Shown here: positions 39,513 to 52,000 of the stretch, piece by piece
How the letters are laid out: every line of letters begins with the position of its first letter
How positions within the stretch are numbered: the first letter of the stretch is position 1
Assembly (NCBI RefSeq): GCF_006345805.1
Contig: NC_043002.1
Location: 52,886,001 to 52,950,000 of the forward strand
From: Octopus sinensis
Lineage: Eukaryota
Direction: 5' to 3'
DNA length: 64,000 nt
The notes under the pieces: generated by a model
Databases searched by the model: none
Seen by the model: the letters and a program-made list of their open reading frames with translations, nothing else
What the model was told of the DNA's origin: nothing
Translations under genes and position numbers: made by a program

Positions 39513-39530
<18 letters not shown>
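38769..39530. repeat. 384-bp near-identical tandem duplication
   Basis: agtaaaggaaagacatc at 38801 and 39185; ataaaaatacac at 39121 and 39505; the copies appear to differ only in microsatellite length. Confidence 0.95.
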
Positions 39531-39562
<32 letters not shown>

Positions 39563-41615
39563 ACACATACATACTTGTATGCACATGCACAAGTACATAA
39601 GATCATCCATATATAGATAGACTTAAGTGAAGCAATTCACATTCTAGAATTAACTGTAATAAAATATTGAATACAAAAGTAAGAAAAAGAAAAAAATCCT
39701 GAAAAAGATTTTCACTCAAACTACATGGCCAAGATTCACTAATGCTTAAAAGTTTGCTAATGCAAGGGGATAATGGCATGCATTGCCAATTTTTTTTTCA
39801 AATGCTAGCCTAGGACATGAGTTAATACAGCAAACTGTATATTTCAAAAGGTCTTGTGACCAGTTAGAATATTAGAAGAAACTGCAAAATCAAAATTAAT
39901 AAAGCAAAATCATTAAAACATACTGGAGTCAGAAGAGAAGTCTTCTATTTACTAAATTTCTAAATTACTAATATTGGAACTAATATCCTTCTTTAAATGG
40001 CACACTAGTTAGCAAAAGTCATTGATGGGGAAATTAAGTATAAACATCAGCAATAAATGTGTAGGTGTGCCCATGTATAAGCATGCCAGTGTATGTATAT
40101 ATGTACATATATAAAAATAATATAAAAATATATAGGCATGCATATGTGTATATACATTTATATGTAATTAATATGCATGTGTTTGTTTAAGTGGTGTATG
40201 ACAGCAGAATAGTGTGAAATATTTGAAAACTATTTCCGTTGCTCTTCAATTCTATCTTTATAAATATCAATAGGTTAATTTCACTTTGTGAGAGATGCTT
40301 AATAGTATGTTAAGAGATTATACTTGTCTCTGTGGTGCTTAAAGACAACCTAAAGTAGAAAAATTATTTTATTTAATTTTGTAAGTGGAAACATATTCAA
40401 TTATGCTGCAGGGTAAGCAGTATCAAGAAATGTTTATATACTTTCATTTTACAAATCTCCCTTAATATACTCTTGTGATACAACAAGCTTACTCATCAAA
40501 TACTGATTACTTTGGGCAATCCTTGTTTTGTATCATCCATATTTAAAAAAACACCTATCATAATTGTATGCAGGAGTCTTCTGTTAATTTATACTCCAAC
40601 ACCAACTTAATATAGCAATAAGTGATAAAAAATTGTTGTTATATTTGGGGATGGCCATATTTTGCCAATTAAACACTTGTACTATATATTTGGTCTTCAC
40701 TTCAGCTCTATTATTAGTGGCGATTTGCTGTACTTGATAAGACATGTCAAGTTAAGTAAAACTGCAGTTTTCCACACATACAGGCTTGTCCTTTCAGGTG
40801 TTGGTGCCACTTAAAAAGCACCTGCACTGGTGCTGCATTAATGCACCCATGCTGGTGTTGTGTAAATGCACCTGTGCCGGTGGCACATAAAAGTCTCACA
40901 GCATATTCTGTTAAGTGATTGGTGTTAGAAGGGCATCCAGTTGTAGAAACCATGCCTCAACACAGCTGGAATCTGGACAGCTCCCTATCAACTGTCTAAC
41001 CCATGCCAGCATGAAAAACAGATGTTAAATGATGATGATAATGGTGATGATAATGATTATTATTTTAGTTTCTTTGTGTAAAGCTGTTTTGTCATATATT
41101 CTGTCACCTCATCAGCGACTCTCTATAAATGATAAAAAGTTAGTTAAGTGACTAAGACCCTCTTCAAATTCTTGAATATTTTCAAAACCTATTTACTGAA
41201 ACCCATGAACCAGTCAAAGGCAAAATGTAGCACATGGTAGCATGTGGCCCACAGGACTTTCTGAATGGCACACCTAATGAAATATTACCTTGAATTTGTT
41301 TTAGTAGTGCTGCCCCCACTTAATAAGTCATATCTCATGTGGCCTGCTTCTAGTTTTAAATTTTAGCACAAGGCCAGCAATTTTGGGGGAAGGGATAACT
41401 CAATTACATCGACCCCCCCCCCACAACTCAACTGGTACTTATTTTATTGACCCTGAAAGGATGAAAGGCAAAGTCGACCTTGGCAGCATTTGAACTGAGA
41501 ACGTAAAGATGGACAAAATGCTGTTAAGCACTTTTGCCCAGCATGCTAATGATTCTGCCAGCTTGACACCTTATTTCATTACAAATATTCTTACAAGTGG
41601 GTTACTGATTGTGAA

Positions 41616-41782
41616 CAGGGCTGACTCAAGGTACCGACAACTTAGGCAGTAACCTGGGGTGCCATGCGTTTTTTAGTCTACATTTTCAATTTTTCTCCCT
41701 ATGAAAGTTTTAAAACATTATACTAGTAAGGGAACTGAAGTTCAGCTTGCCCAGGGCGCCAGTAACCCAAGGGCTGGTCCTG
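41616..41782. mobile_element. Short degenerate hAT-like MITE
   Basis: Termini cagggctgactc / ggctggtcctg with internal gcc.agggcgcc motifs. Confidence 0.4.
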
Positions 41783-43831
41783 ATAGTGAATCACTGGTTA
41801 GTTATATACAACAAACCTGGAGAAAAATTGACTATGGTTAAAGAGACTTGATAGAAGAAATCTTGAAAAGATTCTTAAATTCTTATTGCCAGCTCTTCCT
41901 CATCTATTTTTAGTTTTAACTCTAAAATAACTGCAAGATTAAATATCTTTTAAATATAAATGTTGTTGAAAAGCATTTATACACACATATGCCTTTCAAT
42001 CTTTAGTAGAACTTAACTGTCGTAGAATTCTTTATGGATATTTTACTTCTTTGCACTCATGTAAATTATTAAAATTGCAGCCAAATTTCCCTCAAATCAC
42101 ACTTTGTAATCTTTACAAAAGCAAAGGCCTCAGTGGATAAATGCTCCTAGCTTGTGTATGTTGTCCTTTAGATCCTTAAAAAGATAGACAGCCAGAATAT
42201 ATTTCATCATGGGTCAAGCTATACTTTGGCTGACCTGGGGTTACACAATGAGACTGGACATTGACTAGTAAAATATTCATGAGATATATGTGTGTATGTA
42301 TACACACACATGTGTACATATATATTAACACTGAAACACCTTGAGTATTTTGGAGTGCAAGTAAGACGGTTTTATTTTTTTCTGATTGCATACAAATATT
42401 CTTTCCCAAAATCACCTGCTTAAAATCATCTGATAAAAATATTTTCAGTATACAACTGTGCTCCAACACATTAAGATAGATTTAAGTACTTAAGTACTTG
42501 AATGCTATTTTATCATATGTGTATTTATGTGTGTGTGGGGGGGGGGGAGGGGGGAGTGTGTATGTGTGTACATACATACACAGATATATATTTGAATGTA
42601 TATGGTGCATGTGTGCGAGTGTATGCACATTTGTGTATGTATGGATGCTTGTGGATGATACATGTATTGCTTAACTTCTTCCCAGTCTTGATTGAAGAGA
42701 TAAAGTATAACAAAAGGTGTTCAAGCTACAACCATTCTATGTTTTATTTCAGACACAGCACTAAAAGGCATATTATCCAGTGCACCTGTCCTTTCTTAAA
42801 GTCAGTCTGGGATGCTTTGAAGGAAAGTTGGCTGCTATTTCTAGTGACTCAACGAACCACTTTGGGAGGGCTTTTACATATAAAGGTTCCTCCATGCATT
42901 TATGTGCGCTTGTCTCCTGTTTTCTTGTGTTATGGAATCAAAAGAAGAAAAATTTACCCCCTGGCATGAGCTGTGTTGTTAAGAATTTACTTTGAAATTA
43001 TATAGCCAAGTTGACACTGTCTACAGCAGGGTTTTTCTATGCATTATTATAGGCCCCCAGGTAAATCAATGTACTGGGCCCATAATGTTTATTAATTTGA
43101 CAGAATACATAGACCATAATTATATATATATATATCCACCACAACAGAATTGAGATCCTAAAACCAAGGTACCACGAGAAAAAAAAAACACTGGTGCTGG
43201 TGCAGTGTAAAAAGTACCTAGTACACTTTGTAAAGCGGTTGGCATTAGGAAGGTCATCCAGCTGTAGGAACCAAGCCAAAACTGACTTTGGAGCCTGGTG
43301 TGGCCCCTGGCCTGTCAAGCCATCCAACCCATGCCAGCAAGGAAAAACGCATGTTAAATAATGATGATTATGTGCATGAGTGTGTTTGTGAGTGAATTTA
43401 TATTTACTCTCATCTTCACATGTTGCAAGCTGTTTGTGAACAAAAACTTCCCCATTCCTATAAACAGGGTCATTTGTAAAATGTATGTCCAGGTAGTTTA
43501 CTGTTTGATAGATTGACAGATTTATTACTTTGTCTTGAAATAAGCAACAGCTGACATGGGAAGGGCATTCAGCCATAGAAAAATCTAAATATGGTAAAGT
43601 ACATGTTGAAATGAGGATGACAATGATGATGATGATGATGAGATGCCAGTCTAACTGAGATAACAATGCCACAAAATCTGGCATCTGTTCTTGACAACTA
43701 GGTGGGATAAAGTATGATTAAGCACTTGACCAAAATGTCCAAATAAATATTGTTGATGTGAATTAGCACCAAAGGCCTATGAGCTACTAGTAAAATGTCA
43801 GATCTATTGGAATATTTCATTTCTGCTAGAG

Positions 43832-43862
<31 letters not shown>

Positions 43863-44365
43863 TGTGTGTGTGTGTGTGTATGTGTGAAAAAGAGAGAGAG
43901 AGAAAGATAGAGACTGGAGAGAGAAAGGGCTGAGAAATCATGCAGGGCTGTAGTTAGCATTCCTCAATCTAAACAAGGAAATATTTTAATTGTAAGTAGT
44001 CTAATAATTTCCTGTACTGCAAAGAAATTTTGGAAAAAATAAATAAATAAATGAAATCTCTAAGGAGTGGAAGGAAAAAATACAGGTAAAAAAATCCAGG
44101 CAGAGGCTTTTCCACATTGTCAAACCCCAAGATTTTTTTTTCACGTATATAAACATGCTTATAAAAGTGAAAAGAGCTGGGCAACTATTCATCTTTAATG
44201 CAGCCACACACTACTAAAAAAACTACATGGTTTTATACTAATAAAGTAAACAAAAAAAAAATATAGAAAAAGAAATTAAACAAAGATTGCCAGCCAACAG
44301 CCTCATTGCTTCTAACAATCAAAACACCTAAAAATCTAAGCACTAGCTGCTTTTCACACATTTAC

Positions 44366-44386
44366 CTGAGTGGGCAGAGTCAGTAT
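44366..44386 (-). CDS. Candidate 21-nt NCX micro-exon: (D)TDSAHS|G
   Basis: Strong acceptor ttgtttatgctttgtttttatag|AT, donor CTCAG|gtaaat; phase 1/1, in frame, no stop. Confidence 0.5.
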
Positions 44387-45724
44387 CTATAAAAACAAAG
44401 CATAAACAATTCAAAATGAAATAAAAAAGTAAAATAAAATAAAATGTTATGTATTTATACTTACAAATATATATATATAGACAGACTGAGACATATGTAT
44501 GGGTACATACATAACTATTTATAGAGATATATATTCACACATGTATATATGTGTAGATGTATATGCATACATACACACAGGCACACAGACACACATACAT
44601 AATACATGTAACTGCAACTAAGTGTGTTGAGTGCTACTTCCTTGTGATTGTTCATTCACTCATGTATAGGTGTTTACGTGTGTGTATATTAATGTGTATA
44701 TTAGTTTTCGGAATCTTGTTTCAAGTACCCTTTATAAAGTTGATAATTGGTGAAGTGTGATAGTGGTTGGGTAGTAATAGAAGCTGTGGAAAGAGGGATG
44801 TGGAATTGGTTCTCTAAACTGAATTTAAAAAAAAAAAATCAATGAAAGAAAGATAACGTAACCTTGAAAATTCTTTTATTGATTAAAAAGTTAAATTTCA
44901 GTTGAATTAGATTAAAAAATTTGTTTTTGAATCTTTTTTTTTTTTTTTTTAAGACATTTGATTCAAGATTTTTCTGCTCCTATTACTGTTCATTATATGT
45001 GAAAACCCATCCTCATCACCTGCAGATTTATCAATTGGGAATTTGGAACCAGGAAAATATAACCAGGTAGAAAAAAAAAAAAAGAAAGAAAAAGGTCACC
45101 ATTCCCATTCCTGATTATCTGCTATCTTTGTATGTATAACAAAAAAAAAAACATTAAAAATCAAAAACAAAAATATATTTTGAATATTAAAAAACAAAAG
45201 CATCTTTGAAAATCTAAGGAAACAAGAAATAAGGAATAATTGCAAGCATTACTATAGATAAAAATTAATAGCTCAGCAATAATATTAAGACATTATAAAA
45301 TATATTATGGAATTGACAAAAGAAGCAGATGATTTTTATGTAAGTTTTTTTCTGAATAAAAGCAAAATATTCAAATTATTATCAGCATTGATGGTGAAGC
45401 ACATTTTCTTTTTATTCTTCAATGCTGACATTGTGTCTACACAAATGAAAAATGGTTATTTCAATACAGAAGAAATAATAATGAAAATGATGATGATAAT
45501 TTCAAATTTAGGCACATGGCCAGCAATTTTGGGGACGGGGGTACATTGATTACATTGACTCCAGTATTTAGCTGGGAGTTATTTTATCGACCCCCAACAG
45601 GATGAAAGGCAAAGCTGATTTTGAGAGAATTTCATTAAGACAGATGAAATTCTGTTAAGTATTTTGTCCAACATGTTAATGATTCCGTCAGCCTATAACT
45701 TTAATTTTAATAATAATAATACTG

Positions 45725-46058
45725 AGACCCCATTGGTCATGACACAGACCATGGGGTTGCACCTAGAAAGTTACCCTCCCAGGCACAAGTCTGAGCAAAG
45801 TTGTTTATGGAAGACCAGCAGTCGCCCATTCATACCGGCCTCCACTCTCCATGCCACCAGTGTTATCCGAGGGAAAGGCAAAGGCTGATACATCTTGGCA
45901 CCTGTGACGTTGCAATTCATTTCTACAGCTGAGTGAACTGGAGCAACGTGAAATAAAGTGTCTTGCTCAAGAACACAACACGCAGCCTGGTCCGGGATTT
46001 GAGCTCACAACCTCGTGATCGTAAGCTCGACGCTCTAACCAGTGAGCCATGTGCCACC
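45725..46058 (-). mobile_element. SINE family D variant
   Basis: Collinear with 17580-17900; tRNA-like head near 45990-46058. Confidence 0.8.
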
Positions 46059-48774
46059 ACAATAATAATAATAATAATAATCATCTTCTCTACTATAGGC
46101 AAAAAGCCTGAAATTTTAAGGAGAAGAGGACTAGTCAATTACATGAACTCCAGAGCTCAACTTGTAATTATCTTATCAACCTTTCAATTATGAAAGGCAA
46201 ATTCGATCCTGGTGGAATTTGAATTCAGAATGTAAAAATTGGATGAAATATCTCTAAGCATTTTGTTTGGTTTGCTATCGATTCTGCTATCTCACTGCCA
46301 TAATAATAATAATAATAATATAATAATAATAATAATAATAATAATGAAAAGATTTTATAATCAACCCGGAAAGCAAAAAATTACAGATGATGATGATGAT
46401 GATGATGATTATGGCGGTGATTTTATGAGTTTCATCATTTCCATGATCCTTGTTGGATAGTACAAAAATACAGCAATAAAAATGCCACTCACTATTTTCC
46501 ATACCTTGCTCAGAAGACAGTCGAGAACATTAATGGGCATAGGGACATTATTGCTCCAAACTATACATAAAGGACGAATATGGAATTATGAAAAATCATT
46601 CATAAAAACACTGAACAGCTGTGTTTTCAATATAATGTGTTTGAGGGGAAAACAGAGAGAGGGAGAAAGGAGGAGGAGGAAGAGAGAGATTTTTTTCCCA
46701 ACCACATATTAGCAAGAATCCAAAGTTATTGACTTCTATTACTCCCCCCCTTTTCAGATTCTGGAAATGCTAGAGTCATCCACCCATCTTCAAACAAACT
46801 CGAGAAATGAGCCAGTAAGAGAGCTTGAGTGTGCTAGCTCAACCTACTTAGGTTGAGCAGCAATACTCAGCTTTTCCTCAAATCACACTCTGCCACCTTT
46901 GACAAAAAAAAAAAAAAATACAAGGAAGGGTACTTCAGATAATGTAGTGATAAACACAATGTCTAAAGCAAAAATGAAAAATGTCTGATTCTGAAAATGG
47001 TATCATTTCAGTTGAAATACTTTTGATTGTGTGGGTTTAATTAGAGGTGACTGAGGTTAAAAAAAAAAAACACAATTATATCTCATAAAGAAAGAAAGAA
47101 AAAAAAAAGTGGCAATTATTTGTTTTTATCTCCAAAGGACCCAGATGATCAAAAAATCAACCAATCTATTTCAATCATGGGGAAAATATTTAATACAGAG
47201 AATTTTCATGCTTTAATCAATAAGAAATATTCGTATGGTTAGAAACATTTCATTAATGAAAGCCTTGCTTCAGATGCGCAGATCAATCAATCAGGAAATC
47301 AATCAATCAGTTAAGTCAAATCAATAGCCCCATAACCGAAGGAGGCTGTAGGTGGTACATCGGGTGATGTAACGCCTCCCCCCATCCTTTACCTTCTATT
47401 GTAATTAACTAACTATTTACTACCCCTGTTTATTCCCTGATGTCGTTCAACCACTCTCTTTGTGGGGAGGGATCTTCATATATACACCTCTAAGTTATAC
47501 ATCTAAAACAAAAAAGGGGGGGGGGCACCCAGATACAAAAATGGAAACACATACATTAAACTAAATGTGAACAATAACGAGGAATAGTATAACTCATTAA
47601 ATCCACTTGCAGTGTATTATGGGTGTGGGGGTCTATTTTACTGATCCTCCCCAGAGGGACTTGAACTCAGAACATAGAGGAACCAAACCAAATACAGTAA
47701 AGTCACTTAGTTTGGTACTCTGCCCTACCATTTCTGCTAAGCTTCCCTCTTCACAATGCAAATAAGTCCAGGGCATTTCATAAATAGCAATCATAAAGAT
47801 TTATTAAGATACTGTCTTTTCATCTTCACACAGTAAGTCATCTATAACTGCATCCTTTTACATTCCCAAATGTTTTGAAGTATATTTTAAGACATATGAA
47901 ATAAGCAAGAACTTTGATGTTAATGAACGTGCCAAGTAAAATATTTAGATAAGTGAGCGGAGCTGACCCAATGAGAATATGTATAACAAGATCTGTTTGA
48001 GTGTAGACAGCTAGGCAGAAGGCCAAAACATATTGGAGGATACAGAGACAAGAGCAGATAACTGGTTGCAATGCTAAGCGCAACAATACGTAGTCGAATA
48101 TAAGTAACTAACTACAGTGAAATGAATGATGTATGGGAGGATACAGATAGGAATCAAAGTGATTAAGTGAAAAGATATTACTGCTAATTCAATTCATTTT
48201 CTCACCTGCTTCAAAAGGAAGCTGCAACTGATAATTAGAAGCCAAAAACATAATTTTAAAAAATCATTTATCACAAAAAAAAAAGAAGAATCTGATTAAG
48301 CTAATATGTAAATTGTCCCAGTTGGACAGTTTAAAGAAATTCTTAATATATATGATAATGTATTCTAGGAAAGCATCAGAAGTGAGAAACATTCTTACTT
48401 TTAATTTATTTTCATTTATAGAAAATTAATTTGAAGTTCTAATTTTGTTTCCAAAGACTAACTTTGAAGTGCAACATTTGAAAATTAAATAAAAAAAAAA
48501 CAGTACACAAATGTATCAAGATAAAAATGAGAAAAAAAACAACTTAGTAATGCCTATTCATTTTTATAGATATTTCGTTTCAGTTAGGAATAAAAGAAAA
48601 TTATCATCTTATGGAAAAGTTGAATAAAGCTCAGTAAATAAATGTTACTCCTTAATCTCCAGATGAAATGAAAGAAATGTTGACTCTGAATGAATTTGAA
48701 CTTAAGTACCAAATTAAATCCTTTAAAATTGAAATCAAAATAGTAATCGATCAACATCAATGGAATTTGTAGCT

Positions 48775-49098
48775 GTGATACCAGTGCCAGTGGCACGTAA
48801 GAGAACAATCCGAAAGTGGTCGTAGCCAGTGCCGCCCAACTGGCCTCCGTGCCGGTGGCACGTAAAAAGCACCATCCGATCATGGCCGTTTGCCAACCTC
48901 GTCTGGCACCTGTGCCGGTGGCATGTAAAAAGCACCCACTACACTCACGGAGTGGTTGGCGTTAGGAAGGGCATCCAGCTGTAGAAACACTGCCAGATCA
49001 GACTGGGCTTGGTGCAGCCTTCTGGCTTCCCAGACCCCAGTTGAACTGTCCAACCCATGCTAGCATGGAAAGCGGACGTTAAACGATGATGATGATGC
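48775..49098 (+). mobile_element. SINE family A, well-preserved copy with internal ggcacgtaaaaagcacc repeats
   Basis: Family A core, CpG-rich, (gat)n tail. Confidence 0.88.
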
Positions 49099-52000
49099 TG
49101 AAGAAATATCCACTCAAAATGTTTAGAACTGTTAACTGTGGAAAGCAGTTTTATATACCAACCTAGCTTTTGTTGAGGAATATGATGTTTGAAAGCATTT
49201 TTTTGTTGTGATATGTCAAGTTTATTCAGACAATGTGACTTACAGAAAATACCAATTCGATTTTTTTTTATTCTTTCTTGTAGATATTTAACATCATTGC
49301 TGGAATAACCATGAAAATTAATTTTGCAGTGAAAGGATTAATGGCAATGAGAGAGTTAGTTTGGTGCTCTGCCGTTTTAGTCCTCTCCACTGACATTTGC
49401 CTCCCCATAAATATTAAATATAAAAATAATCCATAAACTTTCAGGACATTAACTGTTGCTAGTCAAGGCAAAAGAGATGTTAGGTAGCTGATTGGAGGCC
49501 TATGGTAGCTTAAATCTCATTTTTATAGCTGGATTATCTCCATGAACAAAATAATTAACTCTTTCTAACACAATCCATAACGATGTAAATACATACCCTA
49601 ACTAGTCATAGTTGATCAGCGGAAGGAACAAGGGCCCTGTTGAATGATCAATTAATGAGCTCAAATCTTTCAAAAGGATGGGCAATGATAAAAGCACTTT
49701 CACTGAAGTGAACAAATAAATGAATGAATTTACATATGATAATAGTTAACAGATATATTCTACTGTCGAAGACTGTCAGAAAGCCAGCCTAAAACTTATT
49801 TAGTGATCAGTTCTGAGAGTTGCAGTTGGCTGAATTGTGATTATGTGGCCCTACCAAAGATATTTAAGTGTAAATAACTCAATCCATGTCGCTGTAAATA
49901 GGACTTTGGGGAAACCATTCACTTGTAATAAATGGAAGTAAAAGAAAAATTGGTGTATATTTTACAAACTTGTAGAGTTTAGATCCAATTTCATGGAGGG
50001 GGTTGTAGTGAAAAAGCCTCTAATCTCACTAAACTCAATCAGTGATAGCAGTAGAAAATATGTTTGATGTTCTGCCACCACTCATTTTATCTCTAGCAGA
50101 CTTTTACATCCATTAGGATTTACAATATAAAATCACATTGTTGCACTATAAATATCTGTTTCATAACCACATGGTTCCAAGTTCAATCCAACCACTTTGT
50201 ACCTTGGATAAGATGTCTTCTGCCACAGTCTTAGATTGATCAATATTTTATCAGCTGAATTTGATAGTCAGAAACAGTATGGAAGCTCATCATGTATGTG
50301 CACATACACACATGTATATATTTTAGTGATGTATATTGGAGAGGGTGGAGGCATATGGCTTAGTAGTTAGGGTGTTGGACTCATGACCTTAAGATTGTGG
50401 TTTCAATTTCTAGACTGGGCAATGAGTTGTATTCTTGAGGAAAGCACTTCATTTCATGTTGCTATGGTCCACTCAGTTTGCGAAAATGAGTAATCCTGTA
50501 ATGGACTGGCATCCTGTCCAATAGGGGAATATATATGCCACAGAAATGAGGAAACTGGCTTTATGAGTCTATATGAGTCATGAAGGAGCTTTATTCTTTA
50601 TCCTAATATTGGAGATGGCAGGGATATAAACATTGGTTAGAAACTGAAACAGAGCAAACTAGTGGAGCAGTTGGAAAACTATAACTGTGGTCGACAAATT
50701 GTGATACTAAACATTAAAAAATAATACATAAGTAAATAAATACATAAATTAATAAATAAATAAAATACAAAGATTTTGCTCAAAGAATTGACCAGTTCAG
50801 CTATACTTTCAGCCAGCATGGTTTTATAGAAAGACTAGAAGTGAAATTAAATATGTTTACAAATACAAAGACAGTCTAAAATCGGTAAGATATATGTGTC
50901 TATCTACACACACATAGCTAGAAAACATATTTCACTAAGAAGAATAGTAGATATATGTGGCAAAGATCATGTAAATAATGTATATGAAACATACTAACAT
51001 GTCTTTATACTAATGCTTTTTCATTTTACTTTTCCTTTTGTCTTGATCAATATCCATTTTCCTATGCTAAATTGACAAAGTAGATTTTAGAAAGTTAGAC
51101 ATTCACTTATGAATAGTTGGAACAATTGATTTTACGACAAGATACCATTCTTACTTCCAAATACTCAAACCAGAGAGAGATACAACTAAGCACATCTAGG
51201 AGTCCATTACAGGTTGATAGGGTGATAACAGACCAGCAGGTGAACTCAGTACAAGGCACTGGTAAAGTTTCAGCTCATGAAAATGGGCTTACAATGATGA
51301 GGTTAAGAGCAATTAACAGACACGTGATCCTGAATTCAATTACAATGTAGGGGAAGTGCCCTTAACTGTAGCCTTGGGTGGACTAATGGCTTGTGGGTGA
51401 AATTTGGTAAATAGAAACAATGTGAAAGACCTTTGTATGTGACTCTTTCTCATGCTAGCTAGCTGTCTATCTATTTAAAGTTTGTTCTGTTTTGGTTACC
51501 TCTCTTTATGTCTAGTTAAGTTGACTTCAGCTTTCTTAACCATACGAAGGCAAGAAAACAAGAATCAGGCAAAGGACTGAGTAAATATTGTAGGATAAAA
51601 ACCTTACAACAGCATGGCTGCAAGACTGAAGCCAGTAACAGAATAAAGAAAAACCAAAGACTATTTGGAATTCAGTCCAAAGTGGGAGTTGATTTCAGAT
51701 GCCAACAGGCATATATATTCTTTATCTTTTACTTGTTTCAGTCATTAGACTGTGGCCATACTGGAACACTGTCTTAAAGAATTTATAACTGAATGAATTA
51801 ACCCCAGTACTTTTTTTAAAGCCTTGTACTTATTTTATTGATCTCTTTTGCTGAACCACTAAGTTTTGGAGATGTAAACACCGGTTGTCAAGTAGTAGTG
51901 GGGGACAAACACACATATATATATACAACAGTATATATGGTATTTTTAAATTTCCATCTACCAGATCCACCCACAAGGCTTTGGTTGGCCCAATTCTATA

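Noticed and set aside
41108-41122. 15-nt exon-like site AGAGTCGCTGATGAG
   Set aside because: Has a stop (TGA) in the phase-1 NCX frame.
47838-48086. Hydrophobic 82-aa minus-strand ORF resembling membrane helices
   Set aside because: No recognisable motif or splice context; the hydrophobicity is explained by the T-rich strand.
48206-48227. 22/16-nt micro-exon-like site with CAG|gtgaga donor
   Set aside because: Not a multiple of 3 and has a stop in the phase-1 NCX frame; likely chance.
49598-49637. 40-nt segment bounded by caacag and gtatgt
   Set aside because: Stops in all three frames.
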